The notes beneath the pieces are model-generated. The model did not search any database, had not been told where the DNA came from, and worked only from the letters and a program-made list of their open reading frames with translations. The position numbers and the translations under genes are program-made. DNA of 64,000 nucleotides from Rikenellaceae bacterium (GTDB lineage Bacteria > Bacteroidota > Bacteroidia > Bacteroidales > Rikenellaceae), in assembly GCA_047178765.1 (NCBI GenBank), contig JBCQTG010000001.1, positions 2,581 to 66,580 on the forward strand, read 5' to 3'. This document shows, in pieces, positions 41,136-51,600 of the stretch (its first letter is position 1; every line of letters begins with the position of its first letter).

Positions 41136-42114
41136 AATTCGTCGCCAGAGTCGACTCTTCACCTTTGTTCTGATCCTCCTGTGGGGGTTGGTTATACCAT
41201 TTATTGGCTTTAGAGTTATCCTATCAACTGGGATTGGCGACAATATCGCATGGCTCTCATCTGACGAGCTTGTACTCTACGATAATATATTCATCTTCAT
41301 AGCTCTAATAGTCACTCTCCTAACATCATTTATCTGGCTGATGTTTAGGCGCCTGTGCCGCTCGCTAAATGAGTCCGCAGAGAGAATTGAGCGGGAGCAG
41401 CTATCGGCACTGCGCGAAGAGCAGGAGAAGATACGAATAAAGAGGCATCTGACCAACAATATAAACCACGAGCTTAAGACCCCAATATGCTCGATTATCG
41501 GCTATCTCGATCTTATCCTCACCAACGAAAATCTCGACATACAAAATACTCGCAACTTTGTAAAGAAGAGTTTCGATCAGGCTGAACGACTACGCCAACT
41601 AATGCTCGATCTCTCAACAATAACACGTATAGATGAGGGTGGCGATCAGATTGGGTGTGAGAGTGTTAACATAACCCAGATAGTTGAGTCGATTGTCGAT
41701 GACACACTGCCTCAAGCACACAATAATAATATAGTTGTCGAGAATAGAATAAGCCAAAATATCTCAATCAATGGCAACCACTCTCTCGTCTACTCCATCT
41801 TCCGCAATCTAGTAGATAATGCAATATCATACTCTGGCGGACGACATGTCTTTATCGAGTTGATGCGTAGCAACCCCACCGAGTTCTCATTCCGCGTACG
41901 CGACAATGGAATCGGAATAGATGCAGTCCACCTGCCATATCTCTTTGAACGATTCTACCGCGTAGATACCGGACGCTCACGTAAACTGGGTGGCACAGGA
42001 CTTGGACTATCAATAGTAAAAAATGCCGTCCTCTTCCACGGAGGATCAATCATTGCCCAGCTGACCAATCAAGGGAGCCTAGAGTTTATCTTCACACTTA
42101 AGGTTAATAGCTAG
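41113..42114 (+). CDS. Sensor histidine kinase (PhoR-like)
   Basis: Two TMs, NHELKTP, NLVDNAI, DNGIGI, FERFYRVD, GGTGLGL; start moved to ATG 41113. Confidence 0.92.
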   Translation: MATDFTNKIRRQSRLFTFVLILLWGLVIPFIGFRVILSTGIGDNIAWLSSDELVLYDNIFIFIALIVTLLTSFIWLMFRRLCRSLNESAERIEREQLSALREEQEKIRIKRHLTNNINHELKTPICSIIGYLDLILTNENLDIQNTRNFVKKSFDQAERLRQLMLDLSTITRIDEGGDQIGCESVNITQIVESIVDDTLPQAHNNNIVVENRISQNISINGNHSLVYSIFRNLVDNAISYSGGRHVFIELMRSNPTEFSFRVRDNGIGIDAVHLPYLFERFYRVDTGRSRKLGGTGLGLSIVKNAVLFHGGSIIAQLTNQGSLEFIFTLKVNS

Positions 42115-42129
42115 ATAGAGGGGGGGGCA

Positions 42130-42750
42130 TCATTGGATGGATCCTAAGCACCACTGGGTATTGACGAAGGTGCTTATCCCGTTAAGAATCATCTGAACAC
42201 CTATTGCTGCTACTATGAGTCCGAGGATGCGGGCTGTCGGATTGAGGAGATTGTATCTGTTCATTGCGCAGGCGATGATTGCACTATTGCGCATGACGAT
42301 CCAGTTGACGACCAACCCAATGGCTACAGCTCCAAATGAGATGACAAAGCCATAGAGCGATGGCATAGTGACCACAGCGGTGATGGTCGCTGGTCCTGCG
42401 ATCATTGGTACAGCGATCGGGACTGTAACAATAGACTCAATAGAGGTTTTATCATCTATCTTAACGTAGAGTCCATTTTGCAGCGCCGAGAGACCACTTA
42501 TCGAGAGGACTATTCCACAGATGATCTGGAACGAGTAGATCTCAATATTGAAGATATAGCTCAGCAGCTCATTACCCAAGACCAAAAAGAGAATCAGAAC
42601 TATCGCCGCCGTACGTGTGGAGCGATTGACGATCCTACGCACCGACTCACGATCGTAGTTGTCGCTCAATGTCGAGATGACAAAGATCTTCTGTATCGGG
42701 TTGAGCAGCGATACAAAGGTGAGCAGCGCAATAAAAAATAGCTTTACCAT
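42130..42750 (-). CDS. MarC family membrane protein
   Basis: LLNP, PIAVPMIAGPATIT, RILGLIVAAIGVQMI. Confidence 0.9.
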   Translation of the reverse strand: MVKLFFIALLTFVSLLNPIQKIFVISTLSDNYDRESVRRIVNRSTRTAAIVLILFLVLGNELLSYIFNIEIYSFQIICGIVLSISGLSALQNGLYVKIDDKTSIESIVTVPIAVPMIAGPATITAVVTMPSLYGFVISFGAVAIGLVVNWIVMRNSAIIACAMNRYNLLNPTARILGLIVAAIGVQMILNGISTFVNTQWCLGSIQ

Positions 42751-43658
42751 AGTGTTACAACAAGTAGTGAGATGACACTTATCAATATCCAGAGTGATAT
42801 ACCCAATAGGATTGGCTTAGCGCCCATCTGCTTGATTGAGCTAAGTGACAATGTTGTGCCTATCAAGAATAGCGCCGTGTTGAGCAGTTTATGTGATCCA
42901 ACCTTTATTACGTTTGATAGGGTCTCTCCGAGAGGCATATAGGTGTTGATAACCATCGCAACGATAAAGAGCAGGATGAACCATGGTATAGAGATCTTAC
43001 CCGCCTCAGCACCCCTATCCTTGAAGATAAATAGAGAGACTAGCGATAGCGGAATGATCCACAACGCACGGCTGAGTTTAACGGTGGTGGCGATCTGCAA
43101 CGCCTCCTCGCCATAAGCCTTCGCCGCCCCAACCACTGCACTAGTGTCGTGGATAGCTATAGCCGACCAGACACCAAACTGCTGCTGAGTAAGCTCAAGA
43201 ACTGCTCCGATCAGCGGAAAGATTAACATCGCAATGGCGTTGAGGGTAAAGACCACCGCCAAAGAGATAGATATTTCATTTGGCTTGGCACGAACAACGG
43301 GGGCTATAGCGGCAATAGCACTACCTCCACAGATCGCCGTTCCTGAGGCGATCAGATACCCCTCACTACGACCTACACCAATTTTGCGTGCAAGAAAAAC
43401 ACCCGAGATCATCACCGTCAAGACAGAGAAGATAGTGAAGATAATTCCCTCGTAAGAGGTGCGTAGCGACTCCTCGATATTCATTCCAAAGCCGATGCCA
43501 ACAACGGCAATCTTCAACAACATAGATGACGCCTTGTGCTTCTGCCTCTCGAATAGATCGCCGGCAGCGACAGCAAATGCAATACCCATCAATAGTGATA
43601 GGGCTGGTGATAGTAGCAGTGACACCACTACTAAGATAAAAAATATCGCTCTCTTCAT
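42744..43658 (-). CDS. YeiH/UPF0324 putative sulfate/sulfite exporter
   Basis: GTAICGGSAIAA, AIHDTSAV, ATTVKL.RALW, PWF; start moved to ATG 43658. Confidence 0.9.
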   Translation of the reverse strand: MKRAIFFILVVVSLLLSPALSLLMGIAFAVAAGDLFERQKHKASSMLLKIAVVGIGFGMNIEESLRTSYEGIIFTIFSVLTVMISGVFLARKIGVGRSEGYLIASGTAICGGSAIAAIAPVVRAKPNEISISLAVVFTLNAIAMLIFPLIGAVLELTQQQFGVWSAIAIHDTSAVVGAAKAYGEEALQIATTVKLSRALWIIPLSLVSLFIFKDRGAEAGKISIPWFILLFIVAMVINTYMPLGETLSNVIKVGSHKLLNTALFLIGTTLSLSSIKQMGAKPILLGISLWILISVISLLVVTLW

Positions 43659-43672
43659 TCTCTTTGATTTTT

Positions 43673-44608
43673 TTACAAAGGTAGTGAAGAGAGCGGGGGA
43701 AAGCAAATAGATAATTTATATCGCCTATAACTTTTAGTTATTGCAAAGTTTGTGAATAGCTCTGAGAGGCGGTCTTGGCTACCGCTCTCTTGGATAAATG
43801 AGAAGTCGCGTTCGATCTTCAACCCCTCAATATCGACAATAGAGAGTGTACCTGCGCGTAGCTCATCGACAATTGCGGCGACTGAGATGATTGCATAGCA
43901 GCTACCGGCAAGGACATACCTCTTTATCGCCTCGCTACTACCTAGACGCATAACGATATTGAGCGATGAGGGTGAGATGCCTTGCTCCCTCAACCGTGTA
44001 CCTATAACCTCTAGTGTTCCCGAACCCCTCTCGCGAACAACAAGAGGTATCGACTTTAGATCCTCAATACCCACCTCCTCTCGACCATCACCGTTAGTCG
44101 ATCTTATCAACACCAGCTCATCGTGGAGCAGATGGGTGTAGTGAAACTCCTTCTTATGGGTAATCCCCTCGACGATACCCAATCTAACTATATTATTGGT
44201 CACTAGCGACTCTATATACTCGCTGTTACCGGTGATAAGCGAGATCTCAACATCTGGATTCTGCTCCTTGAACTGCGAGATAACTTGTGGAAGGATATAT
44301 TGTGCCGCGGTGGTGCTGGCACCTATCGATAGAGTGCCGCTAATACGACCAACACATTGATTCATCTCCCCTTTGAGTTCACGATAGGTTTGAGAGATAC
44401 GCTCAGCATAGCCCCTAAAGATCTCCCCCTCCTTAGTGAGACTCACACGGTTATTCATCCTAACAAAGAGCTGAACCCCAAATTCGCGCTCCAGCTCCTT
44501 GATCTGCTTCGATATGGCGGGTTGGCTAACGAGCATCTCGCTAGCTGCTTTGGTGAAGCTACATAACCTCGCCACAGCGAGAAAGACCTCTAATCTAAAC
44601 TCACTCAT
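43673..44608 (-). CDS. LysR family regulator (YeiE/CysL-like)
   Basis: SFTKAA, SQPAISKQIKELE, GASTT, RERGSGT, SSEAIK. Confidence 0.92.
   Translation of the reverse strand: MSEFRLEVFLAVARLCSFTKAASEMLVSQPAISKQIKELEREFGVQLFVRMNNRVSLTKEGEIFRGYAERISQTYRELKGEMNQCVGRISGTLSIGASTTAAQYILPQVISQFKEQNPDVEISLITGNSEYIESLVTNNIVRLGIVEGITHKKEFHYTHLLHDELVLIRSTNGDGREEVGIEDLKSIPLVVRERGSGTLEVIGTRLREQGISPSSLNIVMRLGSSEAIKRYVLAGSCYAIISVAAIVDELRAGTLSIVDIEGLKIERDFSFIQESGSQDRLSELFTNFAITKSYRRYKLSICFPPLSSLPL
43676..43741 (-). promoter_or_regulatory. yeiH promoter and LysR box inside the lysR 3' end
   Basis: TTTG-N20-TACCTTTG (43676-43707); ATAAC-N5-GTTAT (43727-43741). Confidence 0.7.
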
Positions 44609-44614
44609 GTAGAG

Positions 44615-45199
44615 CTAGATAAGTGCTAAATTGTTATCCTTGACCATCTTGCGCATATTGATTAATGCGTAGCGCATACGACCCAGAGCGGTATTGATGC
44701 TCACATCCGTCTGCTCCGCAATCTCCGCAAAGCTCAGATTGGAGAAGTAGCGTAACTTAACCACCTCGCGCTGCTCCTCGGGGAGGAGATCGATCAATCC
44801 CCTCACCTGATCGGCAACCTCCTCGCGTACCATCTCATCATCCACTGCCGGCTGGCTCTCGCGCTGAAAGCTCAGGATGTCATACCCTGCGTTGGACTCG
44901 TTGGTCTCCATCTTGTGTCGCGATGAACGGAAGGTGTCGATGGTCATGTTGTGTGCTATGCGCATCATCCATGAGAGGAAGCGTCCATTATCGCGGTAGC
45001 GCCCCTCGTCAACCATACGTACAACCCTTATGAGTACATCCTGTAGGATGTCCTCAGCCTTATCAGCGTCGCGCACCATTAAGTGTATATACCTTCTGAT
45101 TCTAGGAGTGTGCCTCTCTAGCAGTTGTGATATTGCCTCGCGCTGCCCCTCGCGATACTTCGCGAGCAACTCTGCGTCACTTAGATTTGATCTACTCAT
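44615..45199 (-). CDS. ECF sigma-70 factor
   Basis: AEDILQD, WMMRIAHN..ID, LPEEQREV, SFAEIA, SINTALGRMRYA. Confidence 0.92.
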   Translation of the reverse strand: MSRSNLSDAELLAKYREGQREAISQLLERHTPRIRRYIHLMVRDADKAEDILQDVLIRVVRMVDEGRYRDNGRFLSWMMRIAHNMTIDTFRSSRHKMETNESNAGYDILSFQRESQPAVDDEMVREEVADQVRGLIDLLPEEQREVVKLRYFSNLSFAEIAEQTDVSINTALGRMRYALINMRKMVKDNNLALI

Positions 45200-45294
45200 G
45201 TCACTAAATTTTTACTTTATAGCGTAGAGTTTTTTTCTATAGGCAATCTTTACTTTTTTTTGTTTTTATTAGCCCCCAGATAGGAGGCTTTATG

Positions 45295-45325
45295 CAAAGG
45301 TAGATAAAAAAATATTAATTACAAA
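45295..45325 (-). promoter_or_regulatory. Primary-sigma promoter for the ECF sigma gene
   Basis: TTTG-N19-TACCTTTG. Confidence 0.7.
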
Positions 45326-45406
45326 ACACTTTTGCGTTTTTTACTCCCACTATTTTTGATTTAGTATCTAATATAGTGCCAGAGTTTGATCGCATCATCA
45401 CATGCT

Positions 45407-46444
45407 CTACCAGCTAGCGCCAGTTATTGACCATGTATAACTGTGACCATTATAATTGATTATACGACTAGCATCAGCGTTGCTGGTCACAGTAACTGTA
45501 TTTGAAGCATAGCCAGCACTAGCCGCTGAGTCGTACTTCGCCCACTCGACACCCGAGATAGAGTAGACACCAAAGTTTGTTGGTGAGTAGACTAACGGTG
45601 TAGTGGTGGTGTACTGAACAGCTAGCCCTGAGATGGTATCGTGAGAGTCGCTACTACTAGTTGTGAGATATACAGTAGAGCTTACACCAATGGTGTTCTC
45701 AACGGTTAGATCGGTGTAGCCATCGACAAAGTCACCTAATGTTATATATCCTGTAACCTTAAATGGGTAGTAGTCGCTATAGCTCATATAGCAGGCATTA
45801 ATTGAACCCTCGACAATAAATCTACCATTAGTATTCTGATCTTTGTATATCTTGCAGCTTGTAGCCATCGCCTCAACATCTCCGCCATACTCATAAGTAT
45901 ATGATGTAGCATAGGTCATTACGGCACTCTCACCATCCTCACCTGCAAATGTAATGGTCCATGGCGTTGAGCTACTTGTATCGATTAAATCAATACCGTT
46001 AGTATCAATCTCAAAACCACCCTTACGTCGACAGAAGTCAAAATCAGCCGAGATATGTTTGGTGGTAAAACTTGGATTGTAGTATGTTACTGTATAGATA
46101 TTCTCATCGCGGGTGATAGTAACCTCATCGGTGTCACCAATTAGTAGCTCTCGACGATCGAAATCTGTTCCGTTACTAGTGTAAACAGGTAGCTGAGTAT
46201 AATCAGGCTCTATCGAACTCCCTGAGGTAAATGATAGCCCCTTGGCATCCAACTCCTCCATAAGGATAGCCAACCTCATAGCCATTGATGCTCCATCGGT
46301 AGCAAAGACCCTACTAATCATTGCCTCATTATATATAACTACACCCTCATAGACATCAGAGTATCCTCCATCATCAAACTCATCTGAACACCCAGTCATT
46401 GCCACTGATGCCGCCATAATTGCAGCCAAAAAATATCTTTTCAT
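45407..46444 (-). CDS. Surface lipoprotein of unknown function
   Basis: MKRYFLAAIMAASVAMTG-C followed by acidic SDEFDD; Thr/Ser/Tyr-rich; own TAGCTTTG element at 46498-46505. Confidence 0.8.
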   Translation of the reverse strand: MKRYFLAAIMAASVAMTGCSDEFDDGGYSDVYEGVVIYNEAMISRVFATDGASMAMRLAILMEELDAKGLSFTSGSSIEPDYTQLPVYTSNGTDFDRRELLIGDTDEVTITRDENIYTVTYYNPSFTTKHISADFDFCRRKGGFEIDTNGIDLIDTSSSTPWTITFAGEDGESAVMTYATSYTYEYGGDVEAMATSCKIYKDQNTNGRFIVEGSINACYMSYSDYYPFKVTGYITLGDFVDGYTDLTVENTIGVSSTVYLTTSSSDSHDTISGLAVQYTTTTPLVYSPTNFGVYSISGVEWAKYDSAASAGYASNTVTVTSNADASRIINYNGHSYTWSITGASW

Positions 46445-46614
46445 ATCTACCAATATATATATTCCACTCAATAACGCATTAAAATCGCGAACAATTGCAA
46501 AGCTAGTAAAAATATTTCTATTTTGCAATTACATTTTATATTGAATATTGGTTGATTTTTTAGAATTAATTCACGATATTTGTATAGGTTAGGTTTAAAT
46601 TAAATTCTAAGGTT

Positions 46615-47193
46615 ATGGGAAGTATTAAAGGAACAGCGACAGAGCTGAATCTACTAAAGTCATTTGCTGGCGAGAGCCAAGCGCGCAATCGCTACACATA
46701 TTTTGCTAGTGTAGCAAAGAAGGAGGGCTATGTGCAGATCTCAGCTCTCTTTGAAGAGACAGCCAATCAGGAGAAGGAGCATGCAAAGATGTTCTTCAAA
46801 TATCTTGAGGGTGGCGAGGTGACCATCACTGCTGCATTCCCAGCAGGTGTTATCGGCACTACAGTTGAGAACCTTCGTGCAGCAGCCGATGGTGAGTATG
46901 AGGAGTGGGCAGAGCTATATCGCGAGGGTGCTGAGGTGGCACAGAGCGAGGGGTTCCCTGAGATCGCAGAGACATTCCGTCAGATCTCGGTTGCTGAGCG
47001 TGAGCATGAGGATCGCTATCGTCGACTATTGGCACGTATTGAGGCGGGTAATTTCTTCGAGCGCGAGCAGGAGCAGGTGTGGCAGTGTCGCAACTGTGGT
47101 TATATCACAGGTGCATCAACTAGCGCCCCTGAGCTATGCCCAGCGTGCAAACACCCTCAGGCGCACTTTGAGCCAAAACGTGAGAACTATTAG
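46615..47193 (+). CDS. rbr: Rubrerythrin
   Basis: AGESQARNRY, EKEH, EREH, C-terminal CRNC...CPAC. Confidence 0.95.
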   Translation: MGSIKGTATELNLLKSFAGESQARNRYTYFASVAKKEGYVQISALFEETANQEKEHAKMFFKYLEGGEVTITAAFPAGVIGTTVENLRAAADGEYEEWAELYREGAEVAQSEGFPEIAETFRQISVAEREHEDRYRRLLARIEAGNFFEREQEQVWQCRNCGYITGASTSAPELCPACKHPQAHFEPKRENY

Positions 47194-47225
47194 AATCCGT
47201 TTAAGTCGAGGATAGCCACCGGCAT

Positions 47226-47297
47226 TATCTTGCTTAGTAAAGCGAGGTATCTCCAGATCTCTACTTTAGAGAGCTGCGAGGTGCCTCGCTTCGTTTT
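47226..47297. repeat. REP-like hairpin, degenerate copy; probable rbr terminator
   Basis: Left arm 22/28 identical to 54858-54885; AAGCGAGGTATCTC / GAGGTGCCTCGCTT followed by CGTTTT. Confidence 0.7.
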
Positions 47298-47385
47298 GTC
47301 AACTCCTCTTAGTCGATATTAGCTTATATCATACGCGCAACATAAAAAAAATATAACATAAATACTATATTTAAAAAAATATGTT

Positions 47386-47393
47386 TACATTTG
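47386..47393 (+). promoter_or_regulatory. -7 promoter element for the RND operon
   Basis: TACATTTG in an AT-rich spacer. Confidence 0.6.
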
Positions 47394-47431
47394 TGTCGTT
47401 ATTAGTTTAGCAAAATATTTAATATAAAATA

Positions 47432-48583
47432 ATGAATAAAGAGTTTAAAAGGGCTATGGCACTGATGTTAAGTGCTATAGCATTTGTAGGTTGTCAACAG
47501 GAGGCTGCCAACCCAGCTGCTAATCAGCCTACAGAGTATGAGATGATGACTATCGCAACATCAGATGTAGAGTTATCTGCTTATGCTTCGGCAACCATTC
47601 GCGGACGACAGGATATTGAGATATATCCACAGGTTAGCGGATTGATTACAAAGATGAATGTGATTGAGGGACAGCCTGTAAAAAAAGGCGATGTACTGTT
47701 CGTTATTGACCAGATCCCATACCTCTCAGCTGTAGCAACAGCTAAGGCGACAGTTGCGAATGCTAAAGCGACCTTGGCTACTGCTGATTTGACATTCGAG
47801 AGCCGCAAGAGGTTGTTTGCAGATGGTGTTGTATCACAGTATGATTTGACAACCGCTGAGAACAACTTGATGATCGCCCGCGCAGCTCTAGAGCAGGCTA
47901 TGGCGCAGCTTCTCAATGCTGAGAATAATCTATCGTTCACCACTGTTAGCAGCCCCGCAGATGGAGTTATCGGCACTCTACCCTACCGTGTAGGTGCTTT
48001 GGTTAGCTCAGCTATTTCACAGCCTCTAACAACAGTGTCGGACAACTCAGTGATGAATGTATACTTCTCAATGGCTGAGAATGATCTACTTGCGCTGATT
48101 CGCAACTACGGTTCATCTCAAAAGGCTATCAAGGAGATGCCCGCTGTATCGTTGCAGTTGAGCGATGGTTCGATGTATGACCAGCAGGGTAAGATAGTTT
48201 CGATCAGTGGAGTTATCAACCGCAGCACCGGAACAGTCACTCTACGTGCCGACTTCAAGAACCCTAACGGTCTGTTGCATAGTGGTGCTACAGGAAATGT
48301 TGTTATGCCTACACACCGAGATGATGTTGTTGTTATCCCTCAGGGGGCGACATATGAGTTGCAGAATAAGACCTATGTATATAAGAATGTAGATGGTAAA
48401 GCTAGCTCAACAGTTGTCGAGGTTGAGAGGATCAATGGCGGAAAGTCATATATCGTAAATGATGGATTGGCTGTTGGCGACCAGATCATCACCGAGGGTG
48501 TATCTCTACTTCGCGAGGGTCGTGCAGTAGCACCTAAGAGTAGCACACCTAAGGCTGCTCCCGCTGCTGAGAGTGCAAAATAA
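47432..48583 (+). CDS. RND efflux periplasmic adaptor subunit
   Basis: Lipobox FVGC, PQVSG, GQPVKKGD.LF.ID, SPADG, TGTV..RA.F.NP. Confidence 0.93.
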   Translation: MNKEFKRAMALMLSAIAFVGCQQEAANPAANQPTEYEMMTIATSDVELSAYASATIRGRQDIEIYPQVSGLITKMNVIEGQPVKKGDVLFVIDQIPYLSAVATAKATVANAKATLATADLTFESRKRLFADGVVSQYDLTTAENNLMIARAALEQAMAQLLNAENNLSFTTVSSPADGVIGTLPYRVGALVSSAISQPLTTVSDNSVMNVYFSMAENDLLALIRNYGSSQKAIKEMPAVSLQLSDGSMYDQQGKIVSISGVINRSTGTVTLRADFKNPNGLLHSGATGNVVMPTHRDDVVVIPQGATYELQNKTYVYKNVDGKASSTVVEVERINGGKSYIVNDGLAVGDQIITEGVSLLREGRAVAPKSSTPKAAPAAESAK

Positions 48584-48604
48584 ATCATTAAGATAGATTA
48601 AAGA

Positions 48605-51600
48605 ATGGATTTCAAACAATTTATAGTCCGCCCAGTACTCTCATCGGTTATATCAATTATAATCGTAGTGGTGGGTCTGATCTCGCTCTTTTCGCTCCCG
48701 ATTGAGCAGTTCCCCGATATTGCACCTCCGACCGTTAATGTTAGTACTAGCTACTATGGTGCGAATGCTGAGACGGTGCTAAAGAGTGTGATCTCTCCTT
48801 TGGAGGAGGCGATCAATGGAGTGGAGAATATGACCTATATGACATCGTCAGCGACCAACAACGGTAGTGCCGATATTAGTGTCTACTTCGCTCAGGGTAC
48901 CGACCCCGATATGGCGGCGGTCAATATTCAGAACCGTGTAGCTACGGTTCAAGGAGACCTCCCAGCTGAGGTTAGTCAGGTGGGTGTTACAACCTCTAAG
49001 AGGCAGACAAGTATGTTGCAGGCGTTGGCTTTGAGTAGCCCAAATGGAACATATGATAAGAGCTTCTTATCGAACTATTTGCAGATCAATATGCGTCCGC
49101 AAATCTTGCGTACTGCCGGAGTTGGTGACGTTCAGGTGATGGGTGGTGACTACTCTATGCGTATCTGGATGAAGCCCGAGGTGATGGCTCAATACTCGTT
49201 GATGCCTTCGGATATCACAGCGGTGTTGTCGGAGCAGAATATCGAGGCTGCAACGGGTTCGTTTGGTGATAACTCAAATGAGACATTCCAATATACGATG
49301 AAGTATAGAGGTCGTTTGATGACCCCCGAGGAGTTTGGTGCAATTGTAGTTTCGGCAACTGATGATGGTGATATCTTGTATCTTCGCGATGTTGCTAGAG
49401 TTGAGTTGGGTGAGAGTTCATATAGCTTCTCTTCGCGACTCAATGGTGCTGCGGGTGTTGTGGCGATGGTCTACCAGACAGCAGGATCGAATGCAACGGC
49501 TGTCAACCAGCAGATCGACAAGCTGATGGAGGAGGTTAAAAAGACCCTCCCTAAGGATGTTGTCCTTACTCAGATGATGAGTGTTAACGATTTCTTGTTC
49601 GCTTCGATGCACGAGGTTATCAAGACTCTCTTTGAGGCTATTGTCTTGGTGACGTTGGTGGTCTTTGTATTCTTACAGGATCTACGCTCTACGGTTGTAC
49701 CATTTGTGGCTATCGTGGTTGCACTTATCGGTACATTTGCCTTTATGTCGGTTGCAGGGTTCTCTATCAACTTGATCACTTTGTTCGCTTTGATCTTGGT
49801 TATCGGAACGGTGGTGGATGATGCCATCATTGTCGTCGAGGCTGTTCAGGCGCGTTTTGAGGCGGGATATATGAGTCCTATCCAGGCGAGTATCGATGCC
49901 ATGAAGGGTCTTACAAGTGCCATCATCTCTACTTCGTTGGTGTTTATGGTGGTATTTATTCCAGTGTCATTTATGGGTGGTACTTCGGGAACATTCTATA
50001 CTCAGTTTGGTTTGACGATGGCTGCTGCGGTGGGTATCTCAACTTTGAATGCCTTGACACTCAGCCCTGCGTTGTGTGCATTGCTACTCAAACCACACCT
50101 TAATGAGCATGGTGAGCAGTTCGATACATTCTCGGCTCGTTTCCGTAGATCGTTCAACGCTGGTTTCGACGCTATGATTGGCAAGTATAGCCGAGTGGTT
50201 ATCTTCTTCATTAAGCATAAGTTTGTGCCATGGATCGCACTTCTTGTTGCAGGAGCTGGATTCTACTACTTGATGTCGACAACACCTACAGGATTGGTTC
50301 CCGATGAGGATCAGGGAGTGTTGTTTGTCAATGTCAATGTTGCCCCAGGAAGTACGTTGAAAAATACCGATGCTGTGATGAAACGTTTGGAGGATCGTAT
50401 CCAACAGATCCCTCAGGTGTTGAATACCATGTCGGTGTCGGGTTATGGACTTATCGCTGGTCAGGGAACATCATATGGATTTATGATCGTAAAGTTGAAG
50501 GATTGGTCACTTCGTGAGGGTGAGGAGAATGGTGTTGATGCTGTTATCAAACAGATATATGGTCGCACGATGGATATTAAGGATGCCTCGCTCTTTGCGA
50601 TGTCTCCCGGTATGATCCCCGGTTATGGTATGGGTAACTCGGTTGAGATGTATACTCAGGATAAGACTGGTGGTGATGTAAACTACTTCTACCAGATTAC
50701 CCAGCAATTCTTGGGTGTTCTGAATCAGCGTCCTGAGGTTGCTATGGCATACTCACCATTCGATGTCCGCTTCCCTCAGTGGTCGGTAGATGTCGATGCT
50801 GCTAAGTGTAAGAGGGCGGGAGTCTCTCCATCAACTGTTTTAGCTGCTGTATCGGGTTACTATGGTAGCCAGTATGTCTCGAATATCAACCTCTATAGTA
50901 AGGTATATAAGGTTATGATTCAGGCTGAGCCAGAGTCTCGATTGGATGAGAAGTCGTTGGATAATATCTTTGTAAGGACCAATAGCGGTGATATGGCTCC
51001 ATTGAGTCAGTTTATCGAGATGAAGAGGGTCTATGGTGCTGATGCCCTATCGCGATTCAATATGTACAACTCTATCGCGGTCAATGTTGCACCCGCTCCG
51101 GGTTATTCGAGCGGTGATGTTATCGAGGCTGTTCGTGAGGTCTCTGAGACAAGCCTACCCTTTGGTTTTGGCTACGACTTCGGAAGTATCGCGCGTGAGG
51201 AGGCTAGTCAGGACTCTAGCAGTACGGCGATAATCTATATCTTTGCAATCCTTATGATCTACTTGATCTTGAGTGGATTGTATGAGAGTTATATCCTTCC
51301 ATTGGCGGTTATCCTCTCTGTTCCATTTGGATTGTTGGGTAGCTTTGTATTTGCTAAGATGTATGGACTCGATAACAATATCTACCTACAGACGGGACTT
51401 ATCATGTTGGTGGGTCTATTGTCAAAGACCGCAATCCTTATCACTGAGTACGCCTCACAGCGTAGAATGTCGGGAATGTCGTTGTCGGCAGCGGCGATGA
51501 GTGCTGCAAAGGCTCGTTTGCGTCCGGTGCTTATGACAGCGTTGACCATGATCCTTGGATTGATGCCATTGATGGTCGCTTCGGGAGTAGGTGCGAATGG

